Below, piece after piece: positions 40,709-50,134 of a stretch of 64,000 nucleotides of DNA (its first letter is position 1; every line of letters starts with the position of its first letter). A program made the translations under genes and the position numbers. The stretch is taken from contig CAVSQW010000015.1 of NCBI GenBank assembly GCA_963730185.1, positions 544,001-608,000 of the forward strand, written 5' to 3'. The notes under the pieces were generated by a model, which saw nothing but the letters and a program-made list of their open reading frames with translations, was not told the DNA's origin and did no database searches. This stretch comes from an uncultured Gemmatimonadales bacterium. Lineage in GTDB: Bacteria; Gemmatimonadota; Gemmatimonadetes; Gemmatimonadales; GWC2-71-9.

Positions 40709-42501
40709 TTCCGGACGAGGTGATCGAACAGGTTCGCGACGCGGCCGATCTGATCGGCCTGATCGGCGAGTCGGTGCAGCTCAAGCGCACCGGGGCCGAC
40801 TGGCGCGGCCCCTGTCCGTTCCACGGCGGGACCCACCGGAATTTCGCCGTGATTCCCCGGAAGGGGATGTACTACTGCTACGTCTGTCACGAGGCGGGCG
40901 ACGTCTTCACCTTCCTGATGAAGAAGTTCGGGATGGACTACCCCACCGCGGTTCGGGAGGTGGCCCGGCGGGTGGGGATCGTGATTCCGGAGCGGAACGA
41001 GCGGCAGGGCCCTGATCCCCGGGAGCCGCTCTTCAGCGCGATGGCCGTGGCGCAGGAGTGGTTCGCGACCCGGCTCCGGGAAGGACGGGACGCCGATCAG
41101 GCCCGCCGCTACCTCGAATCGCGCGAGCTGGCCATGCCGGTGGCGGCGGAGCTCGGGCTCGGCTACGCTCCGAGCGACAAGAGCTTCCTCGCGGCGATGA
41201 AGCAGCTCGGAATCGAGGAGCCCGTGCTGCTCGAGGCCGGGCTGATGGTCCAGCGGGCGGACGGGTCGACCGGACTGCGGTTCCGGAGCCGGCTCATCTT
41301 CCCGATTCACGACCTTCGAGGGCGGGTGGTGGCCCTCGGCGGCCGCCTGCTCGGTCCCGGCGAGCCCAAGTATCTCAACTCGCCGGAGACCCCGATCTTC
41401 CACAAAGGTGGCACCCTGTACCATCTTCACCAGGCTCGGAACGCCATCCGGAAGGAAGGGGCGGCGATCCTGGTGGAGGGATACTTCGACGTGCTCCGGC
41501 TCGCGCTCGCTGGGATCGAGCACGTCGTCGCGCCGCTCGGCACGGCGCTCACCGGCGACCAGGCCGAGCTGCTGAAGCGGTACGCGGGCACTGCCGTGCT
41601 GCTCTACGACAGCGACGCCGCCGGCCTCCGGGCCACGTTCCGGGCCGGGGAAGAGTGCCTTCGGCACGGGCTTCGGGTCCGGGTGGCGACGTTGCCGCCC
41701 GAGGAGGATCCGGATACGCTGGTGAGACGGGGAGGCGCCGCCGCGATGGAGCCGATCCTCAAGGACGGGGTGGATCTGCTGGAGCGGAAGATCCAGCTGC
41801 TGGAGCGGAAGGGATGGTTCGAGGATGTGGCCCGGCGCCGCGATGCCCTCGACAAGCTGATCCCGACGATCCGGGCGGCCAGCGATCCGATTGCCCGGGA
41901 CCTGTACCTGGCGCGGGTGGCCGAGCGGGTCGGGATCTCCCGAGCGGTGCTGGAGCGGGAGCTGGCCGAGCGGCCGGCGTCGCCCCCGTCGGCGCCGCCC
42001 CCTCCACGCCGGGCGGATGGGCCGCCGCCGGCGCCTCGGCGGCCGAGGGTTCGCCGGGAGGGCGCCTCGATCGAGGAAGGCCTGCTCCGGCTCCTCATCC
42101 GCGATCGCTCGTGGCTCGACCGGGCCCGGCGCGAGGTTCCGCCGACCCGGTTCGAGGTGCCGGAGTTCCGGGAGGTGTACGACGCCCTGCTGGGCCTCGA
42201 TCCCGGCGAGACGACCGGCGACCTGGCCGATCGGCTGTCGCCCGGGGGACAGGCCGCCTGGCAGCGGCTGGCCGAGCCCGCCGGACCGGCGGGCGAGCTG
42301 GACTGGGACGCCGAGTACGCCGGCGCGGTTCAAGTCCTGGAAGAACGCGAGCTGTTCCGGTCGCTCCCGTCGGGCAGCGATCCGGAAGCCCGCCGTCAAG
42401 GCCTCGAGCAGCTGTCGCCCGAGGCGCGGCAACGATTGTCCTGGCAGCAGCAACTCAAGCGCACCCGGTCCCGACCGACCGACGCCCGTTCCGAAGGATG
42501 A
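40705..42501 (+). CDS. dnaG: DNA primase
   Basis: CPFH..CYVC zinc finger, PKYLNSPET, VEGYFDV, YDSDAAG, DPD. Confidence 0.97.
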   Translation: MIPDEVIEQVRDAADLIGLIGESVQLKRTGADWRGPCPFHGGTHRNFAVIPRKGMYYCYVCHEAGDVFTFLMKKFGMDYPTAVREVARRVGIVIPERNERQGPDPREPLFSAMAVAQEWFATRLREGRDADQARRYLESRELAMPVAAELGLGYAPSDKSFLAAMKQLGIEEPVLLEAGLMVQRADGSTGLRFRSRLIFPIHDLRGRVVALGGRLLGPGEPKYLNSPETPIFHKGGTLYHLHQARNAIRKEGAAILVEGYFDVLRLALAGIEHVVAPLGTALTGDQAELLKRYAGTAVLLYDSDAAGLRATFRAGEECLRHGLRVRVATLPPEEDPDTLVRRGGAAAMEPILKDGVDLLERKIQLLERKGWFEDVARRRDALDKLIPTIRAASDPIARDLYLARVAERVGISRAVLERELAERPASPPSAPPPPRRADGPPPAPRRPRVRREGASIEEGLLRLLIRDRSWLDRARREVPPTRFEVPEFREVYDALLGLDPGETTGDLADRLSPGGQAAWQRLAEPAGPAGELDWDAEYAGAVQVLEERELFRSLPSGSDPEARRQGLEQLSPEARQRLSWQQQLKRTRSRPTDARSEG

Positions 42502-42507
42502 GAGGAA

Positions 42508-43215
42508 ATGCAAGCTGAACTGGAAAAACTGCTCGACCTGCAAACCCGCGACCTCGCCCTGATCGACACCGACCAGCGCCTGAGCGCGATCCTCGAAGAG
42601 ATCGCCGGGCTCGAGGCGGAGCTGGCATCGGCCCGGACCGAGGTCACGGCCGCGCGGACCCGCCACGCCGACGCGGTGAAGCGCCGTGAGGAGCTGGAGA
42701 CGCGGATCGAGAGCTTCCGGACCATCCAGGAGCGGCGCCGCTCGCGGCTGGAGATGGCCCGGGGCGCCCGCGAGGCCCAGGCCATGGTCACCGAGGTGGA
42801 GATGGCCCGCACGGTCCTGGTCCGCGAAGAGAGCGAGTGGGTCAAAGCCGCCGAGGCGGTGAACGACCTGGAGCGGAGCGTCGCGGCCCTCGAGGAACGG
42901 ATCGCCGAGCTCGAGACCGGCCAGGTGGCGGACCGGGAGCGGCTCGACAGCGAGCGGGCCTCGCTCGAGTCACAGCGGGACGAGGCGCAGGCGACCCGGC
43001 AAGCGATCGCCGATTCGATCGAGCGCTCGCTCCGGATGCGCTACGATCGACTGCGGTCGGCCCGGACGGCGGCCGTGGTGGTTCCCCTCCGGGGCGAAGC
43101 GTGCGGGGCGTGCTTCACCGCGGTGCCGCGGAACCGGCGGACCCAGATCCGCGCCGGTCTCCTGCTCGACGCGTGCGAGGCCTGCGGCGTGATCCTCTAC
43201 TCCGACGAGGGGTGA
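42508..43215 (+). CDS. Coiled-coil protein with C4-type zinc ribbon (DUF164/CT398-like)
   Basis: LLDLQTRD, long coiled coil, YDRLR, CGAC..CEACGVILY. Confidence 0.9.
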   Translation: MQAELEKLLDLQTRDLALIDTDQRLSAILEEIAGLEAELASARTEVTAARTRHADAVKRREELETRIESFRTIQERRRSRLEMARGAREAQAMVTEVEMARTVLVREESEWVKAAEAVNDLERSVAALEERIAELETGQVADRERLDSERASLESQRDEAQATRQAIADSIERSLRMRYDRLRSARTAAVVVPLRGEACGACFTAVPRNRRTQIRAGLLLDACEACGVILYSDEG

Positions 43216-44933
43216 TGCTCGCGCTTCCCACGCGGTGGGTGCTGTCGGCGCCGCCGGACCAGGGCGCGACCAGCGCGCTCGCGGCGGCGATCACCATTCC
43301 CCGAACCCTCGCGGCTCTCCTGGTCCAGCGAGGCTACGCCGACCCCGAGGCCGCCCGGCGCTTTCTCCGGCCCGGTCTGGAGGGGCTCTCCGATCCGATG
43401 ACGCTGGCCGGGATGGCCGAGGCGGTCGACACCATCGCCCGGGCGGTCCGCCAGGACCGGCCGATCCTGGTGCACGGCGACTACGACGTCGACGGCCAGT
43501 GCGCGTCGGCCCTGCTGACCCGGGTGCTCCGCGCCGCGGGCGCCACCGTCGAGGCGTTCGTTCCCCACCGGATGCGCGACGGGTACGACTTCGGCCTGGC
43601 CGGCTTGGCCCGGGCCCGGGAGATCGGGGCCGGACTGATCGTCACCTGCGACTGCGGGATCACCGCGGTCGAGCCGGTGCGCCTGGCGCGCGAGGGGGGG
43701 ATCGAGGTGGTGGTGACGGACCACCACCTGCCCGGTCCGGTGCTCCCGCCGGCCAACGCGGTGGTGGACCCCCAGCGTCCGGACGACGCCTCGGGCCTCG
43801 GCGCCCTCTGCGGCACCGGGCTCGCCTTCAAGCTGGCGCAGGCGCTGGTCGAGCCGCTCGGCCTCCCGGCCAACCTGCCGCTCCACCTGCTCGACTACGT
43901 GGCGTTGGCCACCGTGGCCGACGTGGTGCCGCTGGTGGGAGAGAACCGGATCCTGGTCCGGCACGGGCTCAAGCTGCTGCGGGCCTCGCGCTGGCCTGGG
44001 CTTCGGGCCCTGGTGGCGGTGACCGGGTTAGCCGACAAGGAGATCCGCGCCTCGCATCTGGGCTTCATGCTCGGCCCCCGGCTCAACGCGGTCGGCCGGA
44101 TCGGCGATGCCAACGACGGGCTCCGCTTGCTGCTCTCGGACGACTGGCCCCAGGCCCAGGCCCTGGCCAACCGGCTGGAGCAAATGAACGGCGAGCGGCA
44201 GGAGCTCGATCAGCGGATCCTGGCCGAGGCGCTGGGCCGGATCGAGCGCGAGGTCGACCTGTCGCGGGTGGCCGGGCTGGTGCTGGCCTCGGACGAGTGG
44301 CACCCCGGGGTGGTGGGCATCGTCGCGTCGCGGGTGGTGGAGCGGTTCGGCCGTCCCACCTTTCTGGTGGGGCTGGACGGCGACTTGGGGAAGGGATCGG
44401 GGCGGAGCATCTCGGGATTCGACCTCCATCAGGCGCTCACCCAGTGCGGCGATCTCCTGGAACGGTACGGCGGGCACCGGATGGCGGCGGGAGTCACCGT
44501 CCGCCGGGACCGGCTCGACCAGTTCCGGGACCGGTTTGCCGAGGTGGCGGCCCGAACGCTCGATCCGGGCGATCTCGGCCCCGAGCAACGGGTCGACCTG
44601 GTGATCAACCTCGACGAAGCGAGCGACGACCTGGAGCGGCTCTGCCGTCACCTCGAGCCCTGCGGGATGGGTAACCCGGGACCGGTGTTCCTGGCTCGCG
44701 GGGCGGACCTCCTGAACCGGCAGTACGTGGGCGCGAACAACGATCACCTCCGCGGCTTTCTCCGCGACCTGTCGGGCGGGATCTCGGCGATCGGCTTTCA
44801 ATTCGCGGACCGGGCCGGATGGCTCGACGAGCGGCCGGTCGATGCCGCGTTTCGGCTGGATCGCAACGAGTTTCGGGGGCAGTCGCAGCTTCAGGCCCGA
44901 CTGGTCGCCCTGGCGCCGCATCACGGGCCGTGA
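43215..44933 (+). CDS. recJ: Single-stranded-DNA exonuclease RecJ
   Basis: HGDYDVDG, TCDCG, TDHH, ATVADVVPL.GENR, PRLNA.GR, GSGRS, GGH.MAAG. ATG at 43215. Confidence 0.96.
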   Translation: MLALPTRWVLSAPPDQGATSALAAAITIPRTLAALLVQRGYADPEAARRFLRPGLEGLSDPMTLAGMAEAVDTIARAVRQDRPILVHGDYDVDGQCASALLTRVLRAAGATVEAFVPHRMRDGYDFGLAGLARAREIGAGLIVTCDCGITAVEPVRLAREGGIEVVVTDHHLPGPVLPPANAVVDPQRPDDASGLGALCGTGLAFKLAQALVEPLGLPANLPLHLLDYVALATVADVVPLVGENRILVRHGLKLLRASRWPGLRALVAVTGLADKEIRASHLGFMLGPRLNAVGRIGDANDGLRLLLSDDWPQAQALANRLEQMNGERQELDQRILAEALGRIEREVDLSRVAGLVLASDEWHPGVVGIVASRVVERFGRPTFLVGLDGDLGKGSGRSISGFDLHQALTQCGDLLERYGGHRMAAGVTVRRDRLDQFRDRFAEVAARTLDPGDLGPEQRVDLVINLDEASDDLERLCRHLEPCGMGNPGPVFLARGADLLNRQYVGANNDHLRGFLRDLSGGISAIGFQFADRAGWLDERPVDAAFRLDRNEFRGQSQLQARLVALAPHHGP

Positions 44934-45448
44934 CCCGGATCGTCGCGGGCACGATGCGGGGGCGGCGGCTGGTCCTCCCCGCCGACCCGCGTGTCCGGCC
45001 GACGGCCGACCGGGTTCGGGAGGCCTGGTTCAGCATCCTGGGGGGGACGCTCCCCGGGGTGGCCGTGGTCGACCTCTACGCCGGAAGCGGAGCGCTCGGG
45101 CTGGAGGCGCTGTCGCGGGGCGCGGAACGGGTGACCTTCGTCGACATCGCGCCGGCCTCGCTGGCCGCGATCAAGGCCAATGTCGAGGCGTTGGGGGTGA
45201 TCGACCGGGTCCAGGTCGTGCGGAAAGATGCCCTCCGGTGGGTGGCCGAGGCCGAGGAGGGGGCCTACGACCTGGCCTTGGCCGACCCCCCGTATGGGCA
45301 CGGCGCGGCCGCCAAGCTGGTGGCGGCCTTCCGGGAACGGCCCTTCGCCAGAATCTTGTCGGTGGAGCATGCGGCATCCGAGCAGCCTGGGGGCGACGAC
45401 ATGCGGCGGTACGGTGACACGGCTCTGACCTTCGTGAACGCGCAATGA
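44930..45448 (+). CDS. rsmD: 16S rRNA m2G966 methyltransferase
   Basis: RIVAG..RGR, RPTADRVREA, DLYAGSGALGLEALSRGA, DPPY, YGDT. Confidence 0.95.
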   Translation: MTRIVAGTMRGRRLVLPADPRVRPTADRVREAWFSILGGTLPGVAVVDLYAGSGALGLEALSRGAERVTFVDIAPASLAAIKANVEALGVIDRVQVVRKDALRWVAEAEEGAYDLALADPPYGHGAAAKLVAAFRERPFARILSVEHAASEQPGGDDMRRYGDTALTFVNAQ

Positions 45449-45927
45449 CCCGAATCGCGCTCTACCCCGGCTCGTTCGACCCGCCCACCCGCGGGCACGA
45501 GGACCTGATCCGGCGGGCGGTGAGCCTGGTCGACAAGCTGGTGGTGGCGATCGCGGTCAACCCCGCGAAGCAGCCGCTCTTTTCGGTGGAGCAACGCTTG
45601 GGGTTACTCCGGGCGACCGTCGGGGACGATCCCCGGATCGGCTTCGATTCGTTCGAGGGGCTCCTGGCGAGCTATGCCCGGTCGATCGGCGCCAGCTTTC
45701 TGGTGCGGGGGCTCCGCGCGGCCGGCGATTTCGAGTACGAGCTCCAGATGGCGCTCATGAACCGACAGCTCAACGACGGCCTGGAGACGCTCTTCATGGT
45801 GCCGGCGTCAGGGCTCACGTACATCAGCGCCAGTCTGGTGCGCGAAGTCGCCCGCTTCGGTGGCGACGTGAGCCAGCTGGTCCACCCCGTGGTGGCCGAC
45901 GCCCTCCGGGCGCGCTTCGCCTCGTGA
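45445..45927 (+). CDS. coaD: Phosphopantetheine adenylyltransferase
   Basis: YPGSFDPPTRGH, VRGLR..DFEYE.QMA.MN, ISASLVREVA. Confidence 0.97.
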   Translation: MTRIALYPGSFDPPTRGHEDLIRRAVSLVDKLVVAIAVNPAKQPLFSVEQRLGLLRATVGDDPRIGFDSFEGLLASYARSIGASFLVRGLRAAGDFEYELQMALMNRQLNDGLETLFMVPASGLTYISASLVREVARFGGDVSQLVHPVVADALRARFAS

Positions 45928-46826
45928 GCGGGCTGGAACAGTTGACTGAGCGGGCCCGGGCCCACCATGCCCGGGTGGTGCTCGTGCCGGGGCTCGACGA
46001 GACCGCCGCCGGGACGGCCGACCGGATCGCCGCCGAGGCGGGTGCCACCGTCACCGTGCTGGGCGACGGCGGTCTCGCCCCCGTCAACGACCCCCGGCTC
46101 GGCAAGCTGGCCGGGCTGCTTCGTGACCGCTGGCCGGAGCGGGTTCGGGACGGAATCCACGCCCTGGACCTCGCGGCGGAGCCGCTGCTGTTCGCGGTCG
46201 GGCTCTTGCTGGGTGGGGAGGCCGACGTCTGCGTCGCTGCCGGTAACACGCCGCCCGACGCGGTGGAAGACGCCTACCGCTGGATGTTGGGGCCGGAGCG
46301 GGCGGTGCAGGGGCGGGGTTCCATCCGCTACCTGGTCACCGCCGAGGGCCGGCTCCTCACCACGGCCACGCCGGACACGGCCGGTCCGCTCGACGCCAAA
46401 GGCGTGGCCCGGCTCGCCCTGATGGCGGCGGGGCATCGGGGGCGGGCGGTGGGCGACGAGCCCCGGGTGGCCTTTCTGGTGCCGCCGCCGACGGTCGACG
46501 CCAGCCACGCCGACGCCGAGCTGGCGGTGGCCGAGCTCAAGGCCCTGGCGCCAGGGATGGCGGCCTCGGTCGAGTGGAACTGGCCGGCGGCGGAGGGGGC
46601 CGGGACGGGCCCCCGGTTCCGGAGCCGCCCCAACGTTCTCATATTACCTGATCCGATCTCCGGTCATCTGGCCCATGCCCTGCTGAGGGACGCGGGCAAG
46701 GTCCGGGTCTGGGGTCCGCTCTTCCCGGCCGACCGCTGGGTGGTAGCCGGGGCGCCGGAGGGATCGTCGCCGGAAGACATCGCGGCCGTTGCCACCGTGG
46801 CGGCGGCCGGGCTCGCGGGCGTGTGA
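45924..46826 (+). CDS. Divergent phosphate acetyltransferase (Pta/Ptb)-fold protein
   Basis: EPLLFAVGLL..GEADVCVAAG, EPRVAFL, NVLILPD..SGH, WGP, EDIA.VA.VAA follow the Pta scaffold, but key motifs are altered. Confidence 0.65.
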   Translation: MSGLEQLTERARAHHARVVLVPGLDETAAGTADRIAAEAGATVTVLGDGGLAPVNDPRLGKLAGLLRDRWPERVRDGIHALDLAAEPLLFAVGLLLGGEADVCVAAGNTPPDAVEDAYRWMLGPERAVQGRGSIRYLVTAEGRLLTTATPDTAGPLDAKGVARLALMAAGHRGRAVGDEPRVAFLVPPPTVDASHADAELAVAELKALAPGMAASVEWNWPAAEGAGTGPRFRSRPNVLILPDPISGHLAHALLRDAGKVRVWGPLFPADRWVVAGAPEGSSPEDIAAVATVAAAGLAGV

Positions 46827-46836
46827 CGGAGGCCGC

Positions 46837-47172
46837 ATGGGATTCAGCATGACCAAGGCAGGCAACGGCGTCACCCTGATCAAGGTCGAAGGGCAGCTCA
46901 TCGTCGGCAATCGGCAGGAGCTCAAGGCCCTGATCCAGCAGGCGCTCGACGGGGGCGACCGCAAGTTCCTGGTCGACTGCTCGGAGACGGGCTACATCGA
47001 CTCCTCGGGGCTCGGGGCCCTGGTCACCATCTCCAAGAAGGTTCGGGAGAGCGGGGGCGAGCTCCGGATCGCCGGGCTCAACGCCGACCTCCGGTCGCTG
47101 TTCGAGCTCACCAAGCTCGACAGTCTGTTCCACCTCGCCGACAGCACCGACGCCGCGCTCGCCGATTTCTGA
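46837..47172 (+). CDS. STAS anti-sigma-factor antagonist (RsbV/SpoIIAA-like)
   Basis: YIDSSGLGALV with the phospho-acceptor Ser, LFELTKLD. SD GGAGG. Confidence 0.93.
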   Translation: MGFSMTKAGNGVTLIKVEGQLIVGNRQELKALIQQALDGGDRKFLVDCSETGYIDSSGLGALVTISKKVRESGGELRIAGLNADLRSLFELTKLDSLFHLADSTDAALADF

Positions 47173-47175
47173 GCC

Positions 47176-47640
47176 ATGACGGCGCCGCTCTGCGTCACGG
47201 TCCGCCGGGCCCTCGCTCCCGAGGGCTCGAGCCCCGCCGTGGCCGTGGAGCTCCGGATGCCAAGCCTGGTGGCTCAGGTCGAGGCAGCGGTCGAGATCAT
47301 GGTCCGCCACTGTTTCGCGGGGCAGTCGCCCTGCGCCACCACCAGCTTCCGGCTCCGGGTGGCCCTCAGTGAGGCCCTCAACAACGCGATCCTCCGGGGC
47401 AACCAGGAAGACCCGGGGAAGCGGGTCTGGGTGCACGCCGTGCTCTACCCGGACACCATCCGGCTCGGCGTCCGCGACGAGGGGTTGGGCTTCGACCCCG
47501 GCGGCGTACCCGAGCCAACCACGCCCGACGCCCTCGAGTGCGATGGCGGTCGCGGGCTCTTCATCATTCGGAACCTGGCCGAACAGGTCGAGTTCAACGA
47601 ACGAGGGAACACCATCTGGATGACCCTGCCGCGCTGCTGA
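47176..47640 (+). CDS. Anti-sigma factor/Ser kinase (RsbW-like HATPase_c_2)
   Basis: VALSEALNNAI.RG, VRDEGLGFD, GGRGLFII, GNTI.M. Confidence 0.9.
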   Translation: MTAPLCVTVRRALAPEGSSPAVAVELRMPSLVAQVEAAVEIMVRHCFAGQSPCATTSFRLRVALSEALNNAILRGNQEDPGKRVWVHAVLYPDTIRLGVRDEGLGFDPGGVPEPTTPDALECDGGRGLFIIRNLAEQVEFNERGNTIWMTLPRC

Positions 47641-49208
47641 AGCGGCTCGCCGCCATCCTGGACGTCGTCGACAGCGTCGCCGGACCCCCTCACCGCCTCT
47701 GGGTGATGGACGGCGGCGTTCCGCGACTCGTCCATGGCACCGACCCCGGCTGGGTGCCGTCCTCCCCCGCCGCCGCCGGACCCGTCGACACGCCCGACGG
47801 GCCCCGCTGGTTCGTGCCCGTCCCCGACGGCGATGGGCTCTGGCTCGAGACGGAAGTCTCCGGCGGCCGGCCGTCCCCCCGGTCGGTCTCGCTGCTCGAC
47901 CTCCTGGAGCACCTGCTCCACTCCGAGCGCGAGGTCGGCCGGCTCTCGCAGGAACTGGCCAGCCGCTACGAGGAGATCGACCTCCTCTACACCATCTCTG
48001 AGATCTTGGGGCAGACCGTTCGCCTGGAGCAGGCCGCCCAGATCATCGTCCGGGCGGTCAGCTCCGTGGTGGGCGCCCGCCGGGCCTCGATCCTGGTCGT
48101 AAACGAAGACGGCACCATGCTTCGCACCGTCGCGGCCCAGGGCATCCCGCCCGGCCGGGCCGGGGTGGTGCCGATCGAGGATCCGGTCTCGATCGCGGCC
48201 CGGGTGTTCCGCGACCGACGGGCACTGATCGGCGACCCGATCGAGGGGATCATCAGCTCGGCCGGCGACGAGGAGCGCGGCTACCAGGGCGTCGCCTTCA
48301 TGAGCGTGCCGATCTGCTATGCCGGCCCGGGCGCCGACCCCAAGTGCATCGGAGTGGTCAACCTGACCGACCGGATCGGTGGCGATCGCTTTGCTCCCAG
48401 CGACCGGAAGCTGGTCATGGCCGTCGCCAACCAGATCGGCGCCGCCCTCGAGAACGCCCGGCTGGTGGAGCGGGAGAAGGAACAGCAGCGCCTCCAGCGC
48501 GAGCTCGAGCTGGCCCACCACCTCCAGCAGAGCCTGCTGCCCGACCCGGCGGTGCTCCAGGACGACGCCCAGGTGGCGGTGCGCTGCCTGTCGCTCGAGT
48601 CCGTGGGCGGCGACTTCTACACCTTCAACCGGCTGGGACTGGGCGTGGTCGGAGTCATGGTGGGTGACGTGAGCTCCCACGGCTTTTCGGCCGCCCTCCT
48701 CATGGCCTCGGCCCTCGCCGCCGCCGGCATCCACGCCTCGGCGTCGGTGATGCCCGACGAGACCCTGATCGCCCTCCGGGCGAGCCTTGGTCCCAAGCTT
48801 CGGCCCAACGAGAGCTACCTCACCGTCTTCTACGGCATCCTCGACCCCACCCATAGGCGGCTCACCTACGCCAACGCCGGACACGGCTACGCCTTCCGGG
48901 TGCCGCCCGAGGGCGATCCGGTCCGCCTCGAGGCCACCTCGCCGCCGCTCGGCCTCGGGCTAGGTCAGCCGATCGAGGCCCGGCGTCTCGACTGGGATCG
49001 GAAGGATCTGCTTTGCATCTGGACCGACGGGCTCGCCGACGCCGAGGGCCCGAGCGGCGAGCGCTTCGGGGAGCGCCGGGTGCTGGACGCCATCCTCAGC
49101 CGGCGCGGGCTCGAGCCCGAGGCCATCGTGCAGGCGGTGATGGCCGAGGCCGACACCTTCGCCCCGCAGCAAGTCGACGATCGGACCCTGCTGGTCCTCC
49201 GGATCTGA
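47616..49208 (+). CDS. GAF + PP2C (SpoIIE/RsbU-like) phosphatase
   Basis: GAF (RASIL, SVPI, IGVVNL), LQQSLLP, VGGDFY, GDVSSHG, YANAGH, WTDGL, DDRT. The start is uncertain; CTG 47616 follows GAGGG. Confidence 0.9.
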   Translation: MDDPAALLKRLAAILDVVDSVAGPPHRLWVMDGGVPRLVHGTDPGWVPSSPAAAGPVDTPDGPRWFVPVPDGDGLWLETEVSGGRPSPRSVSLLDLLEHLLHSEREVGRLSQELASRYEEIDLLYTISEILGQTVRLEQAAQIIVRAVSSVVGARRASILVVNEDGTMLRTVAAQGIPPGRAGVVPIEDPVSIAARVFRDRRALIGDPIEGIISSAGDEERGYQGVAFMSVPICYAGPGADPKCIGVVNLTDRIGGDRFAPSDRKLVMAVANQIGAALENARLVEREKEQQRLQRELELAHHLQQSLLPDPAVLQDDAQVAVRCLSLESVGGDFYTFNRLGLGVVGVMVGDVSSHGFSAALLMASALAAAGIHASASVMPDETLIALRASLGPKLRPNESYLTVFYGILDPTHRRLTYANAGHGYAFRVPPEGDPVRLEATSPPLGLGLGQPIEARRLDWDRKDLLCIWTDGLADAEGPSGERFGERRVLDAILSRRGLEPEAIVQAVMAEADTFAPQQVDDRTLLVLRI

Positions 49209-49211
49209 GCC

Positions 49212-50003
49212 GTGGCGGCCAAACGCCACCTCGGCCAGCACTTCCTCTCCGACCCCAAGATCCTGGGCCGGATCGCCGATGCCCTCGGGGCGGCACCCGG
49301 TGACCGGGTGCTGGAGATCGGTCCGGGCCGGGGGGCCCTGACCCGGCCGCTCCTGGACCGGGGCGTCCGACTCACCGCGATCGAGCGGGACCGCGACCTG
49401 ATCCCGGCGCTCCGGGCCCTGCCGGGACTGGCCCTGATCGAGGGCGATGCCCTCGAGGTGGATTGGCCGTCGGCGCTCGGGCTGGAGCCCGGGGAACGGT
49501 GGCAGATCATCGGCAACATCCCCTACAACCTCACGAGCCCGCTGATCGACAAGGCGCTGGCCCCGCCCCGGCCGGCCCGGGTCGTGTTCCTGGTCCAGCG
49601 AGAGGTCGCCGACCGGCTGGGCGCCGAGCCCGGGACCGCCGAGTACGGCGCCCTGACCGTGGGGGTGCTGGTGGCGGCTCGCGTCGAACGGCTGTTTGGC
49701 GTCCCGGCCGGTGCCTTCCGCCCCCGCCCCCGGGTGGCCAGTGCGGTGGTCCGGTTGGAGCCGCGTCCGGTTCCCCTGGTTACCGATGCCGAGCTGCCCC
49801 GGTTCCGCCGGCTGGTCAGGGGCCTCTTCGGGGCTCGGCGGAAGCAGCTGGTCCGCGCCATCCGAACCGTCACTGGCCTCGGGCCGGAGCAGGCCGGTTT
49901 GGTCGTGGCGCGGGCGGGGCTCGATCCCATCCAGCGGCCGGAGACGCTGGCCCCGGAGGATTTCGTCCGGCTGCTCGCGGTCGGAGCCGCCGGGCCGTCG
50001 TGA
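49212..50003 (+). CDS. rsmA: 16S rRNA dimethyladenosine transferase KsgA
   Basis: KRHLGQHFL, VLEIGPGRG.LT, GNIPYNLTSP, VQREVA.R, RPETL. Confidence 0.96.
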   Translation: MAAKRHLGQHFLSDPKILGRIADALGAAPGDRVLEIGPGRGALTRPLLDRGVRLTAIERDRDLIPALRALPGLALIEGDALEVDWPSALGLEPGERWQIIGNIPYNLTSPLIDKALAPPRPARVVFLVQREVADRLGAEPGTAEYGALTVGVLVAARVERLFGVPAGAFRPRPRVASAVVRLEPRPVPLVTDAELPRFRRLVRGLFGARRKQLVRAIRTVTGLGPEQAGLVVARAGLDPIQRPETLAPEDFVRLLAVGAAGPS

Positions 50004-50020
50004 CCAGGGATTAGCCCGTC

Positions 50021-50077
50021 CCCCTACCGCCAACTCACCACTCCCTCCCTGCTCCCCACGCACAACTCACGACTCCC
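50021..50077. repeat. C-rich heptamer array (xCxACTC), solo arm of the 54393-54554 family
   Basis: Its reverse complement matches 54393-54449 at 47/57 positions without gaps (hand alignment). Confidence 0.8.
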
Positions 50078-50084
50078 GATCCTG

Positions 50085-50131
50085 TTGACGGAGGGAGGGG
50101 GATACGCGTAGCTTTGTGAAATCTTTCACAT
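50085..50131 (+). promoter_or_regulatory. rex promoter with overlapping Rex operator
   Basis: TTGACG (50085-90)-N18-TAGCTT (50109-14). TTGTGAA-ATCT-TTCACAT (50114-50131) matches the Rex box TTGTGAA-N4-TTCACAA. Confidence 0.88.
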
Positions 50132-50134
50132 TCT

